Source: an uncultured delta proteobacterium (GTDB taxonomy: Bacteria; Desulfobacterota; Binatia; UBA9968). Taken from it: DNA of 64,000 bases. The DNA lies in NCBI GenBank assembly GCA_963745835.1, contig CAVUZH010000014.1, forward strand, positions 566,756 through 630,755. Direction: 5' to 3'. The position numbers and the translations under genes are program-made. How positions within the stretch are numbered: position 1 is the first letter of the stretch; each line of letters begins with the position of its first letter. Below the pieces are notes generated by a model. That model worked only from the letters and a program-made list of their open reading frames with translations, was not told the DNA's origin and made no database searches. This document shows, piece by piece, positions 51,764 through 62,293 of the stretch.

Positions 51764-53356
51764 ATGGACGAGCCTAACGAAGTCCAACGCCCCTGGCCGG
51801 GCTATAGAAAATATCCGGAGCGGCTAAATCTTGCCCAAGAAGTTCTCGAGGCATCCATCGAGCGCGGTTTGGGCAATCGCGCCGCGCTGATCGGCGACGC
51901 CGGCACGATTACATACGAAGAGTTGAATCGGCAAGTCAACGCGCTCGCCGCTAACCTGATCCAACGCCGACTAAAAAAACGGGACACTGCGCTGATCGTG
52001 ATGGGCAACGGCACGGAGTTCGCCGTAGCGTTTCTGGCTGCAGTCAAGCTCGGCATCATTCCTGTTCTAGTGAATTCTCTACTCTCTGCGGATGAACTCA
52101 GAATGATCGTGGAGCAAGCGCGAACGGTCTGGGTTTTCACCGAAGCGCCCCGGGCCGCTGCGGTGCGCGAGCTGCGCCGTGCTGGATTCTTCAACCATGT
52201 CGTGTGCGCCGGGGAGACGGAACCGGACGAGATTTCCTTTGCGTCGCTGGTACAGGATCGAGGGATGTTCGTAACTGCCAGCGATACTGCCGCGGACGAA
52301 GCGGCCTTCATCGTCTACACGTCCGGAACCACCGGCAAACCCAAAGGCATCGTCCACGCGCACCGCTGGATCGTCGCCCTCGGCGATCTGAACCGATATC
52401 GGCTGCCGCCCCAAGAAAATGACGTGATCATGGCCACAGGTGAATGGAGCTTCATCAGCGCCCTCGGCCACAATCTGCTTTTTCCGCTGCGAAACGGCGT
52501 TACCGGCGCGATTTTGTCAGGCCGCGCAACGCCGGAAAACGTTCTCCGCTATATTGAAAAATACCGGATCACCGTGCTGCATTCGGTGGCGACCGTATAC
52601 CGCAGGCTGCTGGCGATGCCGGCATTCGAAAAGCAGCACGATCTCAGCAGCCTGCGCTGCGCTCATTCCACCGGCGAAGCCTTGCGCGCAGTTACCTATA
52701 ACGAGTGGAAGACTCGTGTCGGCTCCGAGCTTTACGAACACTATGGCGTGTCCGAATACCAGCTCGTGATCGGCCACGGTGTGCGGCATCCGGTGAAGCC
52801 CGGTTCGGTAGGCAAATTACTGCCCGGTGTCGAAGCTGCGATTTTGAAGGATGACTTTAAACCAGTAGAAAACGGGGAGCTCGGGTGGTTTGCGATCTCG
52901 ACGGCCGATCCCGGTCTATTTCTCGGTTACTACAAAGACCAGGAAAGAACCGAAGCGGTTATTCGTAACGGCTGGTACTTCACCGGCGATCTCGCCTATA
53001 AAGACGATGAGGGATATTTCTTCATTGCCGGCCGGCGTGACGACTGTTTTAAGAGCCGCGGCATCTTCATCTCGCCAACCGAAATCGAAAATGCTCTTCA
53101 GAAACATCCCGCCATCATCGAAGCCGCGGTTGTTGCCCAACCTAATGTCGAGATCGGCAACAAGATTCGGGCCGTGGTAGTTTTAGCGCCGGGCCAAGCG
53201 CCGTCGGATAACATGGCGCAATCGGTGCGCGACCTGCTGCGAACTCAAATTGCCCCTTATAAAATCCCGCACATCATCGAATTTGCTCAGCACTTGCCGA
53301 AAAGCGCCGTGGGAAAGATTCTTAGAAGCGCGCTCATTCTACAGCGTGACAAGTGA
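51764..53356 (+). CDS. acyl-CoA synthetase (benzoate-CoA ligase-like)
   Basis: YTSGTTGKPKG, HYGVSE, TGD, GRRDD and PKSAVGKI. Confidence 0.92.
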   Translation: MDEPNEVQRPWPGYRKYPERLNLAQEVLEASIERGLGNRAALIGDAGTITYEELNRQVNALAANLIQRRLKKRDTALIVMGNGTEFAVAFLAAVKLGIIPVLVNSLLSADELRMIVEQARTVWVFTEAPRAAAVRELRRAGFFNHVVCAGETEPDEISFASLVQDRGMFVTASDTAADEAAFIVYTSGTTGKPKGIVHAHRWIVALGDLNRYRLPPQENDVIMATGEWSFISALGHNLLFPLRNGVTGAILSGRATPENVLRYIEKYRITVLHSVATVYRRLLAMPAFEKQHDLSSLRCAHSTGEALRAVTYNEWKTRVGSELYEHYGVSEYQLVIGHGVRHPVKPGSVGKLLPGVEAAILKDDFKPVENGELGWFAISTADPGLFLGYYKDQERTEAVIRNGWYFTGDLAYKDDEGYFFIAGRRDDCFKSRGIFISPTEIENALQKHPAIIEAAVVAQPNVEIGNKIRAVVVLAPGQAPSDNMAQSVRDLLRTQIAPYKIPHIIEFAQHLPKSAVGKILRSALILQRDK

Positions 53357-53680
53357 AAGGCGTCGTTCTTTCTAGTCTTGCTTGGGATCACAACTCGCGA
53401 ATCGCATCGAACTGGGCGGAATACCGGCCGGGATCGATCCGAGCCTCGATGATGGAGAGTGTATCGGAATGCATGGGCATCATACCTCGTTTTACCAAGC
53501 TGTTGAAAAACGCTCATGCAAACAAAAACGGAAGGGAGAAAGCGGAAAGATGAAGAATAGCCTTCCGAGCGTGTCTGCCATGTTTCATCCTTCATAATTC
53601 ATCCTTCAGATCGCGACCCATCGCAGAAACCTTTTGACAAGCTGCTAACAATGCTTTTCGCGAATCTCGGTCTCATCCGA

Positions 53681-55180
53681 TTAACCTGCGGAGGCGGTGC
53701 CCCACCATTTGCGCACGGCCGGCGCCGCCATCACGATCAAGATGAGAATCGTAGCGACGATAAAACCAAGGCTGATTGGCCGCGTGACGAACACCGAGGG
53801 ATCCCCCCGCGAGACCTGCATCGTCCGGCGCAGGTTTTCCTCGACCATCGGCCCGAGCACGAAGCCAAGCATCATCGGCACCGGGCTGCAATCGAGCATC
53901 CTCCAGACGATGCCGAGGATGCCGAAAATTGCCATGAGGTAAATATCGAACGAGCTGTTGTTCACGCTGTAGATACCAATGGCGGAGAACGCCATGATCG
54001 CGGGGAACAGCAGGCGATAGGGCAGCTTGAGCAGGCTCACCCACATGCCGATTAACGGCAGATTGAGCACGAGCAGCATCAAGTTACCGATCCACATGCT
54101 GGCGATCAGGCCCCAGAAGAGATCGGGCTTGTCGGTGATCACCTGCGGCCCGGGCGCGATGCCGTAAATCATCAGTGCGCCGAGCATGAGCGCCATCGTC
54201 CCGCTTGCGGGAATCCCCAGGGTGAGCATCGGGATGAACTTGCACTGCGCGTCCGCGTTGTTGGCGGCTTCGGGACCGGCCACTCCTTCAATGGCGCCCT
54301 GGCCGAAGCGTGAAGGGTCTTTGGCGAGCTTCTTCTCGATCATATAGGACGAGAACGAGGCAATCGCCGGTGTCGTCCCGGGCAATACGCCGAAGAACGC
54401 GCCGACTCCGGTGCCTCTGACGATCGCGCCGAAAGAGCGCCTCAGGTCATCCTTCGTCGGCAAAAGGTTGGTCACTTTGGAGGTGAAAACCTGGCGCTCC
54501 TCAGGGTTGCTCAAGTTGCTCAAGATCTCGCCCACCGCGAATACCCCCACCGCGATGGTCACAACGCCGATGCCGTCCGCCAACTCGTAGAAGCCGAAGG
54601 TAAAACGCTTGAGCCCCGAATTGACATCGGCGCCGACAATGCCGAGCAATAGGCCAACCACAACCATGGCCAGGGACTTCGCCATACTACCGTGGGAGAG
54701 CACCGCTGCCGCCACCAGGCCCATCAGCATCAGCGAGAAATACTCCGCCGAGCTGAACCTCAGCGCGAAGGCGCCGAGTGGCGGCGCGAACAGAGCGATC
54801 AACAAGGTGCAGACGGTACCGGCGAAAAACGACCCAACGGCCGCGATAGCAAGAGCCGCCCCGGCACGCCCCTGCCGCGCCATTTGGTAGCCGTCGATGC
54901 AGGTGACCACGGAGGCGGTTTCGCCGGGAAGGTTGACCAGGATCGAAGTCGTTGAGCCGCCGTACATGGCGCCGTAGTATATGCCGGCAAGCATGATCAT
55001 TGCCGCAACCGGCGGCACGTTGAAGGTGAGCGGCAGGAGCATTGCGATGGTCGCCAACGGCCCGATGCCGGGAAGGACGCCGATCAAGGTACCGACCAGT
55101 ACGCCGACAAAACAGTAGAGCAGATTTTGCAGCGAGAGGGCGACGCTGAAGCCAAAGATCAGATCGTGGAAGAGCTCCAT
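53681..55180 (-). CDS. tctA: tripartite tricarboxylate transporter permease TctA
   Basis: GVLPGIGP, GIYYGAMYGGS and GVAGPEAANNA. Confidence 0.95.
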   Translation of the reverse strand: MELFHDLIFGFSVALSLQNLLYCFVGVLVGTLIGVLPGIGPLATIAMLLPLTFNVPPVAAMIMLAGIYYGAMYGGSTTSILVNLPGETASVVTCIDGYQMARQGRAGAALAIAAVGSFFAGTVCTLLIALFAPPLGAFALRFSSAEYFSLMLMGLVAAAVLSHGSMAKSLAMVVVGLLLGIVGADVNSGLKRFTFGFYELADGIGVVTIAVGVFAVGEILSNLSNPEERQVFTSKVTNLLPTKDDLRRSFGAIVRGTGVGAFFGVLPGTTPAIASFSSYMIEKKLAKDPSRFGQGAIEGVAGPEAANNADAQCKFIPMLTLGIPASGTMALMLGALMIYGIAPGPQVITDKPDLFWGLIASMWIGNLMLLVLNLPLIGMWVSLLKLPYRLLFPAIMAFSAIGIYSVNNSSFDIYLMAIFGILGIVWRMLDCSPVPMMLGFVLGPMVEENLRRTMQVSRGDPSVFVTRPISLGFIVATILILIVMAAPAVRKWWGTASAG

Positions 55181-55190
55181 GGCGATGGTG

Positions 55191-55643
55191 TCAGAAGCCT
55201 TTGATCAACGGGTACGGCAGGCCGAGGCCCCAGATGAATATGGCGACCGAGAGCCCGGTCAGTATAACGGTAAGCAGCAGAACTTCCACGAACTTGAACT
55301 CGCGCCCCGCTGATGCCGACCCGAAGACGAGCAGCGCCATCGCTGGTATGAAGCCCGCATGTGTCATCAAGACTCCGAAGGCGATCAGCGAGAGAGGCAG
55401 GACGATCAATGCCCGAGTCGAGCAGCGCACGGTGATTGTCTCAGCCGTGCGCAGTCCGATGATCATCACATAAATGCCGAACAGAACGAGGATGGTGCCG
55501 AGCACACTCGGGAAATAACCGGGCCCCATTCGCATCGTGCTGCCGAGGGGATAACCACGGGCGATGAAGATCGACGCCGCGCCGAAGGCAATCAGCATGA
55601 TGCCGGCCCAGAAGTCTTTGTTGTTGCGCAATGCGGTGTTCAT
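55191..55643 (-). CDS. tctB: tripartite tricarboxylate transporter TctB
   Basis: MGPGYFP motif and 4 TM segments, adjacent to tctA. Confidence 0.92.
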   Translation of the reverse strand: MNTALRNNKDFWAGIMLIAFGAASIFIARGYPLGSTMRMGPGYFPSVLGTILVLFGIYVMIIGLRTAETITVRCSTRALIVLPLSLIAFGVLMTHAGFIPAMALLVFGSASAGREFKFVEVLLLTVILTGLSVAIFIWGLGLPYPLIKGF

Positions 55644-55703
55644 TCGAAAGTTTCAATAGTGTGGTCGAACCAAAATGCGCAAAACAAATAAGCGCCCTGC
55701 CAG

Positions 55704-55793
55704 CGTCATACCCGCGAAAGCGGGTATCCAGAGCATTTTGATTTTCCTGGATTCCGGGTCGTGCTAGCGATCGCCAGCTTGCCCGGAATGACG
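55704..55793. repeat. REP/dRS3-like palindromic element
   Basis: CGTCATACCCGCGAAAGCGGGTATCCAG...CTGGATTCCGGG...CCCGGAATGACG. Confidence 0.8.
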
Positions 55794-55924
55794 ACTGAAG
55801 GATGTAACGAACCTCGGAGAGACGACTCAAGCGCCCGTCCAGAAGGAAGAGATGGGAGGGCGCATTTGCGCAGCATTGTTATTCTATGTGACTCTTTCGT
55901 GGTTAAATCTGTTCTTCAGAACTT

Positions 55925-56899
55925 CTACTCTGCTTTGATGTTGGCTTCCTTGATGACCTTCCCCCATTTAGCCGTTTCGGCCACGATGTACGGACCAAAC
56001 TCGGCCGGGCCCAATTTGTCCACTTCCGCGCCTTGATCGCCGAACACCTTCTGTGTTTCCGCCGAGCTCAGGATAGCCGAGATCTCCTTGTAGAGCCGGT
56101 CGATGATCGGCCGCGGCGTGCCGGCGGGCGCAAGGATTCCCCACCAGTTGTTCGCTTCATAGCCGGGGACACCGGCTTCGGAGATCGTCGGCACATCCGG
56201 TAATGTGACGCTGCGCTTCGCTCCGCCGGTGCCCAACGCCTTGACTTTGCCGGACTTGATATGGGGCATGAACTGAATTAGCGAGCCGAGGGCGGCAGGG
56301 GTATGGCCGCCGATCACGTCGATCATCGCGGGGCCGCCGCCTTTGAACTGGACGATGCCGACGTCAACACCAGTCATCGACTTGAAAAGCTCGCTGCCTA
56401 GATGCTGAAAGCTGCCGACGCCCGCCGCCGCGAAATTCAGCTGGCCGGGTTTTTCCTTGGCGAGAGCGATGAACTCTTTGACGGAGTTGACCGGAACGCC
56501 GGGATGGACGGCGAAAACGTTCGGCCCGGTTCCGACCTTGGCGATCGCGGTGAAGGCCTTGACCGGATCGTAGGGCAGTTTGTAGAGCGAGGTATTGATC
56601 GCATACGCGGAAGAGATGACGAGCAAGGTGTGACCGTCGGGATCCGATTTCGCCGCGGCTTCAGTGCCGATGACGCCGCCTGCGCCGCCGCGGTTGTCCG
56701 CGACGACTTGTTTGCCGAGCCGTTCGCTCAGCTTGGTAGCGATGAAACGGCCCACGATGTCGTTGCTTCCGCCCGGCGGAAAAGGAATGATGAGACGAAC
56801 GTTCTTCGACGGATACGTCTGTGCCGCTACGATCGCAGGCGACAGGACGACCGCACAAACGAGCACTATCGCGGAAAGACTGTTCACTTTGTACTTCAT
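55925..56899 (-). CDS. tctC: tripartite tricarboxylate transporter substrate-binding protein TctC
   Basis: YPSKNVRLIIPFPPGGSND and PDVPTISEAG. Upstream of tctBA. Confidence 0.92.
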   Translation of the reverse strand: MKYKVNSLSAIVLVCAVVLSPAIVAAQTYPSKNVRLIIPFPPGGSNDIVGRFIATKLSERLGKQVVADNRGGAGGVIGTEAAAKSDPDGHTLLVISSAYAINTSLYKLPYDPVKAFTAIAKVGTGPNVFAVHPGVPVNSVKEFIALAKEKPGQLNFAAAGVGSFQHLGSELFKSMTGVDVGIVQFKGGGPAMIDVIGGHTPAALGSLIQFMPHIKSGKVKALGTGGAKRSVTLPDVPTISEAGVPGYEANNWWGILAPAGTPRPIIDRLYKEISAILSSAETQKVFGDQGAEVDKLGPAEFGPYIVAETAKWGKVIKEANIKAE

Positions 56900-57139
56900 T
56901 TCACCTTCCTCCCTAGTGTTTTTTCTCCGGCTTCCTTCAGTGCTTGATGATCCTGGTATCAACAGATTGTCACTTGGCTGCGCGAGGTATGAGAGCAAAG
57001 AGTCCATGCAACGGGTGCATCTTATATCCAATGCGCTGCGGCCGGTCAAACTTCGTTTTCTCAGGTCTTGCTTGCAGCGTGAATTGATTGTGAATAATTT
57101 GTCAACCAGACCCAGCGGCCCCCATCCACGAGACTATCG

Positions 57140-58115
57140 ATGAAGATCGCCGTAATCGATGACTATCAAGACACATTCCGCAAGCTTCGCTGTTATTCAA
57201 AATTCATCTGGACACGAGCTTCTGATCTACAACGACACAGAAAAGGATCCCGTTCGTTTGGCCGAGCGCTTGCGAGAGGCGGAAGCGGTCATCCTGACCC
57301 AGGCACGCTCGCCTTTTCCGCGCGTAGTGATCGAGCGCCTGCCCAAGCTTAAACTTATCAGCCAGACCGGACGCAGCACCGGGCACATCGACATCGATGC
57401 CTGCACCGAGCTCGGCGTGGTGGTCTCTGCGGCAGGATTCGCTACCCCGCACCCAACCGCTGAGCTTACCTGGGGCCTTATTCTCGCCGCGCTGCGGCAC
57501 ATCCCCTATGAAGTGGAGCGGCTCAAACAGGGCTACTGGCAATCGACGCATGGGAATTTCCGTGCAGGGAAAAACACTCGGCATCTACGTCTACGGCCGC
57601 ATCGGCAGCTTGGTCGCGAAGGTCGGGCGCGCGCTCGGCGCTCGCGTACTGTGCTGGGGTCGAGAGGGTTCACTGGCGCGCGCGCAAGAGGCCGGCTACG
57701 AGGTCGCGCAAAACCGAAACGCCTTCTTCGCGGAAAGCGATATTTTGAGTCTCCATCTGCCGCTCAACACTGAGACGCGCGGCATCGTCACGGCTGAAGA
57801 CCTCGCGCGCATGAAATCCAATGCGCTGATCGTCAATACCAGCCGCGCTGGGATCATAGCCGAAGGCGCGCTGGTGAGGCTCTGAAGACGGGCCATCCAG
57901 GCTCTGCAGCGGTGGACGTCTTTGAAGACGAGCCGGTGATCGGCGCGAGTCATCCGCTGCTTGAAATGGATAATGTGATCGCTACTCCTCACTTGGGCTA
58001 CGTCGAAAGGGACAACTATGAGCTCTACTACGGGCTCGCGATCGATCAGATTCTCGCCTATGCGAGCGGCAACCCGATCAACGTGCTCAATCCCGAGGCG
58101 ATTGGCAAGAATTAA
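57140..58115 (+). CDS. D-2-hydroxyacid dehydrogenase (three frameshifts), paralog of 3053-4027
   Basis: MKIAVIDDYQ, LKLISQTGR, LGIYVYGRIG and TPHLGYV lie in four collinear fragments. Confidence 0.88.
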
Positions 58116-58444
58116 AAATGGAAGTTTCAGGGTTGGAAAAACTTATTCATCTTTTTGGCGGCTGACCGTTCCTCAAACGACTGCCAAGCGTTTCAATTCG
58201 CTGTGCAATTTCGCTTTATTGCCAAATTCATCTGCAAGTTTTCCTAATGTTCCTGACACTGCTGGTTCTGGTATAACTCCGCGCCAGCTTATTCCTTGAG
58301 CCGCTTAACTCCAAATGGCCGAAATCCGCTCTGCCGCCCTATGTTTCTTTGATCTCCGCGAGTGTTAGACTAAACAGTAAGAAAATTTAGGCCGAATCTT
58401 TAGATCGGCGCAACAAATCTCAAGCGCCGCAGAAAGTGAATCAT

Positions 58445-58561
58445 ATGGTCCGGATATTATTATTCTTTGTTCGCGCGCTGGTATACTTGCTCGGCGGCTT
58501 CGGATTATTTTTGTCGTTGTTGTTCTTTTTCGCTAATCGACAGGATCGGAAAAGCGGCTAA
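58445..58561 (+). CDS. putative small single-pass membrane protein (38 aa)
   Basis: MVRILLFFVRALVYLLGGFGLFLSLLFFFANRQDRKSG. Confidence 0.45.
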   Translation: MVRILLFFVRALVYLLGGFGLFLSLLFFFANRQDRKSG

Positions 58562-58661
58562 CTGTAGAGATCACCCCGAAATACTTGGGTAAGTGAAAAC
58601 CCGCCGCTAGAAGTCAGCCGTCATGGATGATGCTGTTGACCATCAATGCGAGATTTGGTTT

Positions 58662-58815
58662 CTAGGCAGTTTGCTGAAAACTGTGACTACTAAAGGCTGC
58701 TGATAAAGACCTCAGAGGCAAGGCCGGCGAAGTTTCGATGAACTCGAAGCGTACGTTCAGTGTTGAAGCGAGTCGACCAGCGCAACGAGGCATATGAGTC
58801 TTTCCAGTAGCATGC
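58662..58815. repeat. degenerate MITE-like element copy
   Basis: GGCTGCTGATAAAGACCTCAGAGGC...GCGCAACGAGGCATATGAGTCTTTCCAGTAGC aligns by eye with 61000-61156. Confidence 0.75.
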
Positions 58816-58833
58816 GACTGAAGCGCGGTATCC

Positions 58834-59174
58834 ATGCTTAAAGCACTTAAAGCAAAGCTGGCAACGTTTCAAAGCAGGCTTGCCCGGCCGCCGCTTCCAG
58901 AAACAGTTTCGGCTGCGCCAACGGCTTCGCAGCGGTGCCAGCTCGAAAAGCATTATTCATGGCGGCCGGCATCTTGACCGCGGCAGCGGGATTCTTTTCT
59001 TTTTGCCCCGGACCTGGCATTATCATTTTTTTGTTCGGCGCAGTCGTCATCGCCCGGCAGTCCTCTTTCGCTGCTCGGGCATTCGATCGGATCGAAATCC
59101 GTTTACGGAGATTTATAAAGCCGAATTCGTGGTACGCGGCGGCCTCACCGCCACTGAGAGAAGGCTCTGTGTAG
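58834..59174 (+). CDS. PGPGW-like membrane protein (frameshifted)
   Basis: MLKALKQSWQRFKAGLPGRRFQ followed by a hydrophobic segment containing PGPG. Confidence 0.6.
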
Positions 59175-59182
59175 GGAAGCAA

Positions 59183-59344
59183 ATGGTCGAGGAAAACTCC
59201 CAATGTCCGGAATGCGGCAAAGGATTGATGAAACTGATACTCGATACGACAGAGCTTACGCCACAAGGGATCAAGACCAGCTTACGTGCTCGTTGCACCC
59301 AATGCGGCCACGAGGACAATGTTAGAACGAAGGATTCCGCTTGA
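59183..59344 (+). CDS. small zinc-ribbon protein
   Basis: CPECG...CTQCG in 53 aa. Confidence 0.65.
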   Translation: MVEENSQCPECGKGLMKLILDTTELTPQGIKTSLRARCTQCGHEDNVRTKDSA

Positions 59345-59549
59345 AACTTTCCCGCGTTTAGCGAAAACCAAAATTCCGATCTCAGCCATTGGATCGCCGG
59401 CTATCGGAACATCAGGCGCTGTTGGAACTCCATTGCCGTTGACACGAGGTAAATCTGTCGGATAAATTTTCTGGCAAAAAAGTTCAACAGCATACGCTGA
59501 GCGGGCCTAATTCATTAGGCTGTCCGCGGAGACCATAGAGGATAGAAAC

Positions 59550-60428
59550 ATGACCAACGACGTGCTCGCCCATTCAGTCAAAATTCGTCCGGGGCTCCCT
59601 TCCGACATCGAGCCATGCGCCCGGATCGTTTTCGATGCGTTTGCCGCGATTGCCGCCCAGCACAACTTCCCACCTGATATTCCTTCCATCGAGGTCGGTA
59701 CTGAACTCATGACCATGTTGCTTACGCATCCGCATTTCTTCAGTGTCGTGGCAGAGCTCGACGGCAAGATCGTCGGCAGCAATTTTCTTGACGAGCGCTC
59801 TGCAATCGCCGGCGTGGGCCCGATTACCGTAGAGCCCAGCATCCAGAACCGCGGGCTCGGGCGCCGGCTGATGGAAGCTGTTCTCGATCGCGCCAGCGAA
59901 AAAGCACATCCAGGCGTACGATTGCTCCAATCCGCCTATCACGGCCGCTCGCTAGCGCTATACAGTACGTTGGGCTTTCAAGTGCGCGAAGGAATTGCTT
60001 GCATGCAGGGCTCCCCAATAGGCGCCTCGCTGGCGAGCTACCCTGTACGCCCGGCGCGAGAGGAAGATCTTGAAGCTTGCGATCGGATTTGCCGTTTCGT
60101 CCATGGACACGACCGTCATCGCGAGCTGCTTGACGCTGTTCAGCTTGGCACAGCGAAGATCGTCGAGCACGATGGGCGAATCACCGGTTACGCCACTGAC
60201 TTTGGTTTCTTTGGACATGCTGCGGCTGAAACAACCCGCGACCTGATCGCGCTGATTAGTTCGGCTTCTGCTTTTACCGGTCCAGGCATTCTTGTTCCAA
60301 TGCGCAACGCACCGCTATTTCAATGGTGTTTGAGTCAGCGCTTGAACGTCATACAGGTGCTGACTCTAATGACGCGCGGGCTTTACAATGAACCGGCAGG
60401 AGCTTACTTGCCGACGGTGCTGTATTAA
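59550..60428 (+). CDS. GNAT family N-acetyltransferase
   Basis: VEPSIQNRGLGRRLM and ALYSTLGF. Confidence 0.92.
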   Translation: MTNDVLAHSVKIRPGLPSDIEPCARIVFDAFAAIAAQHNFPPDIPSIEVGTELMTMLLTHPHFFSVVAELDGKIVGSNFLDERSAIAGVGPITVEPSIQNRGLGRRLMEAVLDRASEKAHPGVRLLQSAYHGRSLALYSTLGFQVREGIACMQGSPIGASLASYPVRPAREEDLEACDRICRFVHGHDRHRELLDAVQLGTAKIVEHDGRITGYATDFGFFGHAAAETTRDLIALISSASAFTGPGILVPMRNAPLFQWCLSQRLNVIQVLTLMTRGLYNEPAGAYLPTVLY

Positions 60429-60608
60429 TGATGAAGGCCTAGGTAAAAGAGTCGAGCTGGGATGCCTGCTCGTAATCGTACCCTACTCAGATGTTGGAAC
60501 TGGTGAAAGTGCGCGCGATGCGATGGAAAACGCCGGACCTGATGAAAACGGCGCAACGACTGCTGCATGAGCCTTCAGCATAGTAATTCGTTGACTTTTC
60601 CGGCCCAG

Positions 60609-60971
60609 CTATTTGCGCCGACGTGTGCGCCGGCGCTTCTTGTGCGTCGTCTTGCCGGATTCTGACGTTGCCGCGGGGAATTGAATGTTGATCCCTACGA
60701 TTTGATCGGAATAACGATCGGCAAGACGGCCTAGGAAGGCGCTGAAGAACTGCCACTCGCGGCCGGGTTTACGCGGGCTTATCACTTCGCAATTGATCAT
60801 GCCATCATGGGCGGACCAGTTCATCCAACCCGGATACAGTACATTCTTATGTTGGATTCGCCGCCCACGCTTGGTCGCTTCGAAGGTGCGCAGTTCGCCG
60901 GCCCGCATTGCATCGACAAGTGTCTTCTGAAGATTTACCCCGGTCCGTTCGATAATTTGAAAGCGGATCAT
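60609..60971 (-). CDS. hypothetical protein
   Basis: GGAGG RBS and a coherent 120-aa ORF. Confidence 0.7.
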   Translation of the reverse strand: MIRFQIIERTGVNLQKTLVDAMRAGELRTFEATKRGRRIQHKNVLYPGWMNWSAHDGMINCEVISPRKPGREWQFFSAFLGRLADRYSDQIVGINIQFPAATSESGKTTHKKRRRTRRRK

Positions 60972-60999
60972 GCTCGGCACCTCCCATTGTACCCGTTGT

Positions 61000-61156
61000 C
61001 TAGCAGGTTGCTGGAGAACTCTGTTTGCAGGCTGCTCAAAAAGATCTCAGAGGCGAGGCGCGCGAAGAATCGACGAGCAGAGGCGTACTTTGAGTACGTT
61101 GATGCGAGGCGAACGAGCGCAACGAAGCATATGAGTCTTTTTCAGCAGCCTGCTAG
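61000..61156. mobile_element. MITE-like element (best-preserved copy)
   Basis: CTAG-flanked. Terminal inverted repeats CAGG(T/C)TGCT...AGCAGCCTG and a palindromic interior. Confidence 0.75.
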
Positions 61157-61467
61157 CGAAAACATGTCTGGCGCAAAGATTGTACGGATAGCCACTGAAC
61201 TTGGCAAGCACGGCAATGCAGGAGGCATTCTGGGGCGAAACTGCTGAACCATTTCCTGCCGTTGAGCTATTCTTCCCGATGCAGGGAATAGAGTCATTGG
61301 GCAATGCTCGGCGATCCTGGTGCGCCATTCATGTTGAAAGCTACGGGATCGTCATTCTTTCGAACTGAAGAAAACGTTGACATGCGAGCAACTTAATTGT
61401 TAAGGCAAGCCGTGGTCCGATGGCGCATTGAGAATGATCGCCATCCATTGGGCCAAACGGACAGCGT

Positions 61468-62249
61468 ATGAGTGTATCTTTAGTGCGTAAACTGATTTTC
61501 AGCTTGGTTCTTGCCCTTCAATTATCGACCTCGGGAGTCCTGCAGGCTCAGACACTCAAGGTTCCCTATGTATCGCTGTCCCCCACCGCCGGTCCGTTGT
61601 GGATTGCCTATGAAGCGGGTTACTTCAAAAAAAATAATGTCAGTACCGAGTTACTCTACATCCCGGGCGGATCGACGATCATTCAAGCGATCATCTCCGG
61701 CGATGTCAGAGTAGCCAATATGGCTCCACCGTCAGCCATCGGCGCCTGGGCCAAAGGTTTCGATCTTACGTTGATCGCTAGCGGCGTCGATCAGCTGCTG
61801 GAAACGGTCGTGACCAGCCCTGCGATCAAAACCGCGGCCGATCTAAAAAATAAGAAAATCGGCGTCAGCCGTTTCGGTTCGCTGACGGACATGGCACTGC
61901 GTGAAGCCTTGCGGCATCACAAGCTCAATCCGGATAAGGACGTCACGATTTTGCAGACTGGAGGCGAAGCGACGCGCTTTGCCGCTCTGACCAGGGGCGT
62001 CATCGATGGAGCGATGCTTTCAGGCGATAAAAAGGTTCAGGCGGAAAAATGGGCTTTCACGTGGCGATCGATCTCAGCCAATTGCCAATTTACTATCCGG
62101 TAAACGGCGTGGTCTCCTCGAAGAAGTTTATCGCAAGCAATCCGGAGCTGGTTGAGAACTTTCTCAAGAGCTGGCTCGAGGGAATAAAGGCTTTCAGGAC
62201 CGATAAAGAACTGTCACTCAAAGTTCTCGCCAAATACGAGTCGGACTGA
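61468..62249 (+). CDS. NMT1/SsuA-type substrate-binding protein (frameshifted, C-terminally truncated)
   Basis: LWIAYEAGYFKKN and DLKNKKIGVSRFGS. Continues in ORF 62049-62249 and ends earlier than its paralogs. Confidence 0.8.
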
Positions 62250-62293
62250 GACAGCAATCAAAGCACAGCAGCCAACCATCGTCGTGAGTGAAC

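Noticed and set aside
57875-57915. TGA ending ORF 57397-57885 as another Sec codon
   Set aside because: Comparison with the paralog (LVEALK) shows a 1-nt frameshift. It is not a Cys position and the continuation is in another frame.
60807-61328. ORFs 60807-61247 and 61047-61328
   Set aside because: They are translations of the MITE-like element and of the antisense strand of a neighbouring gene.
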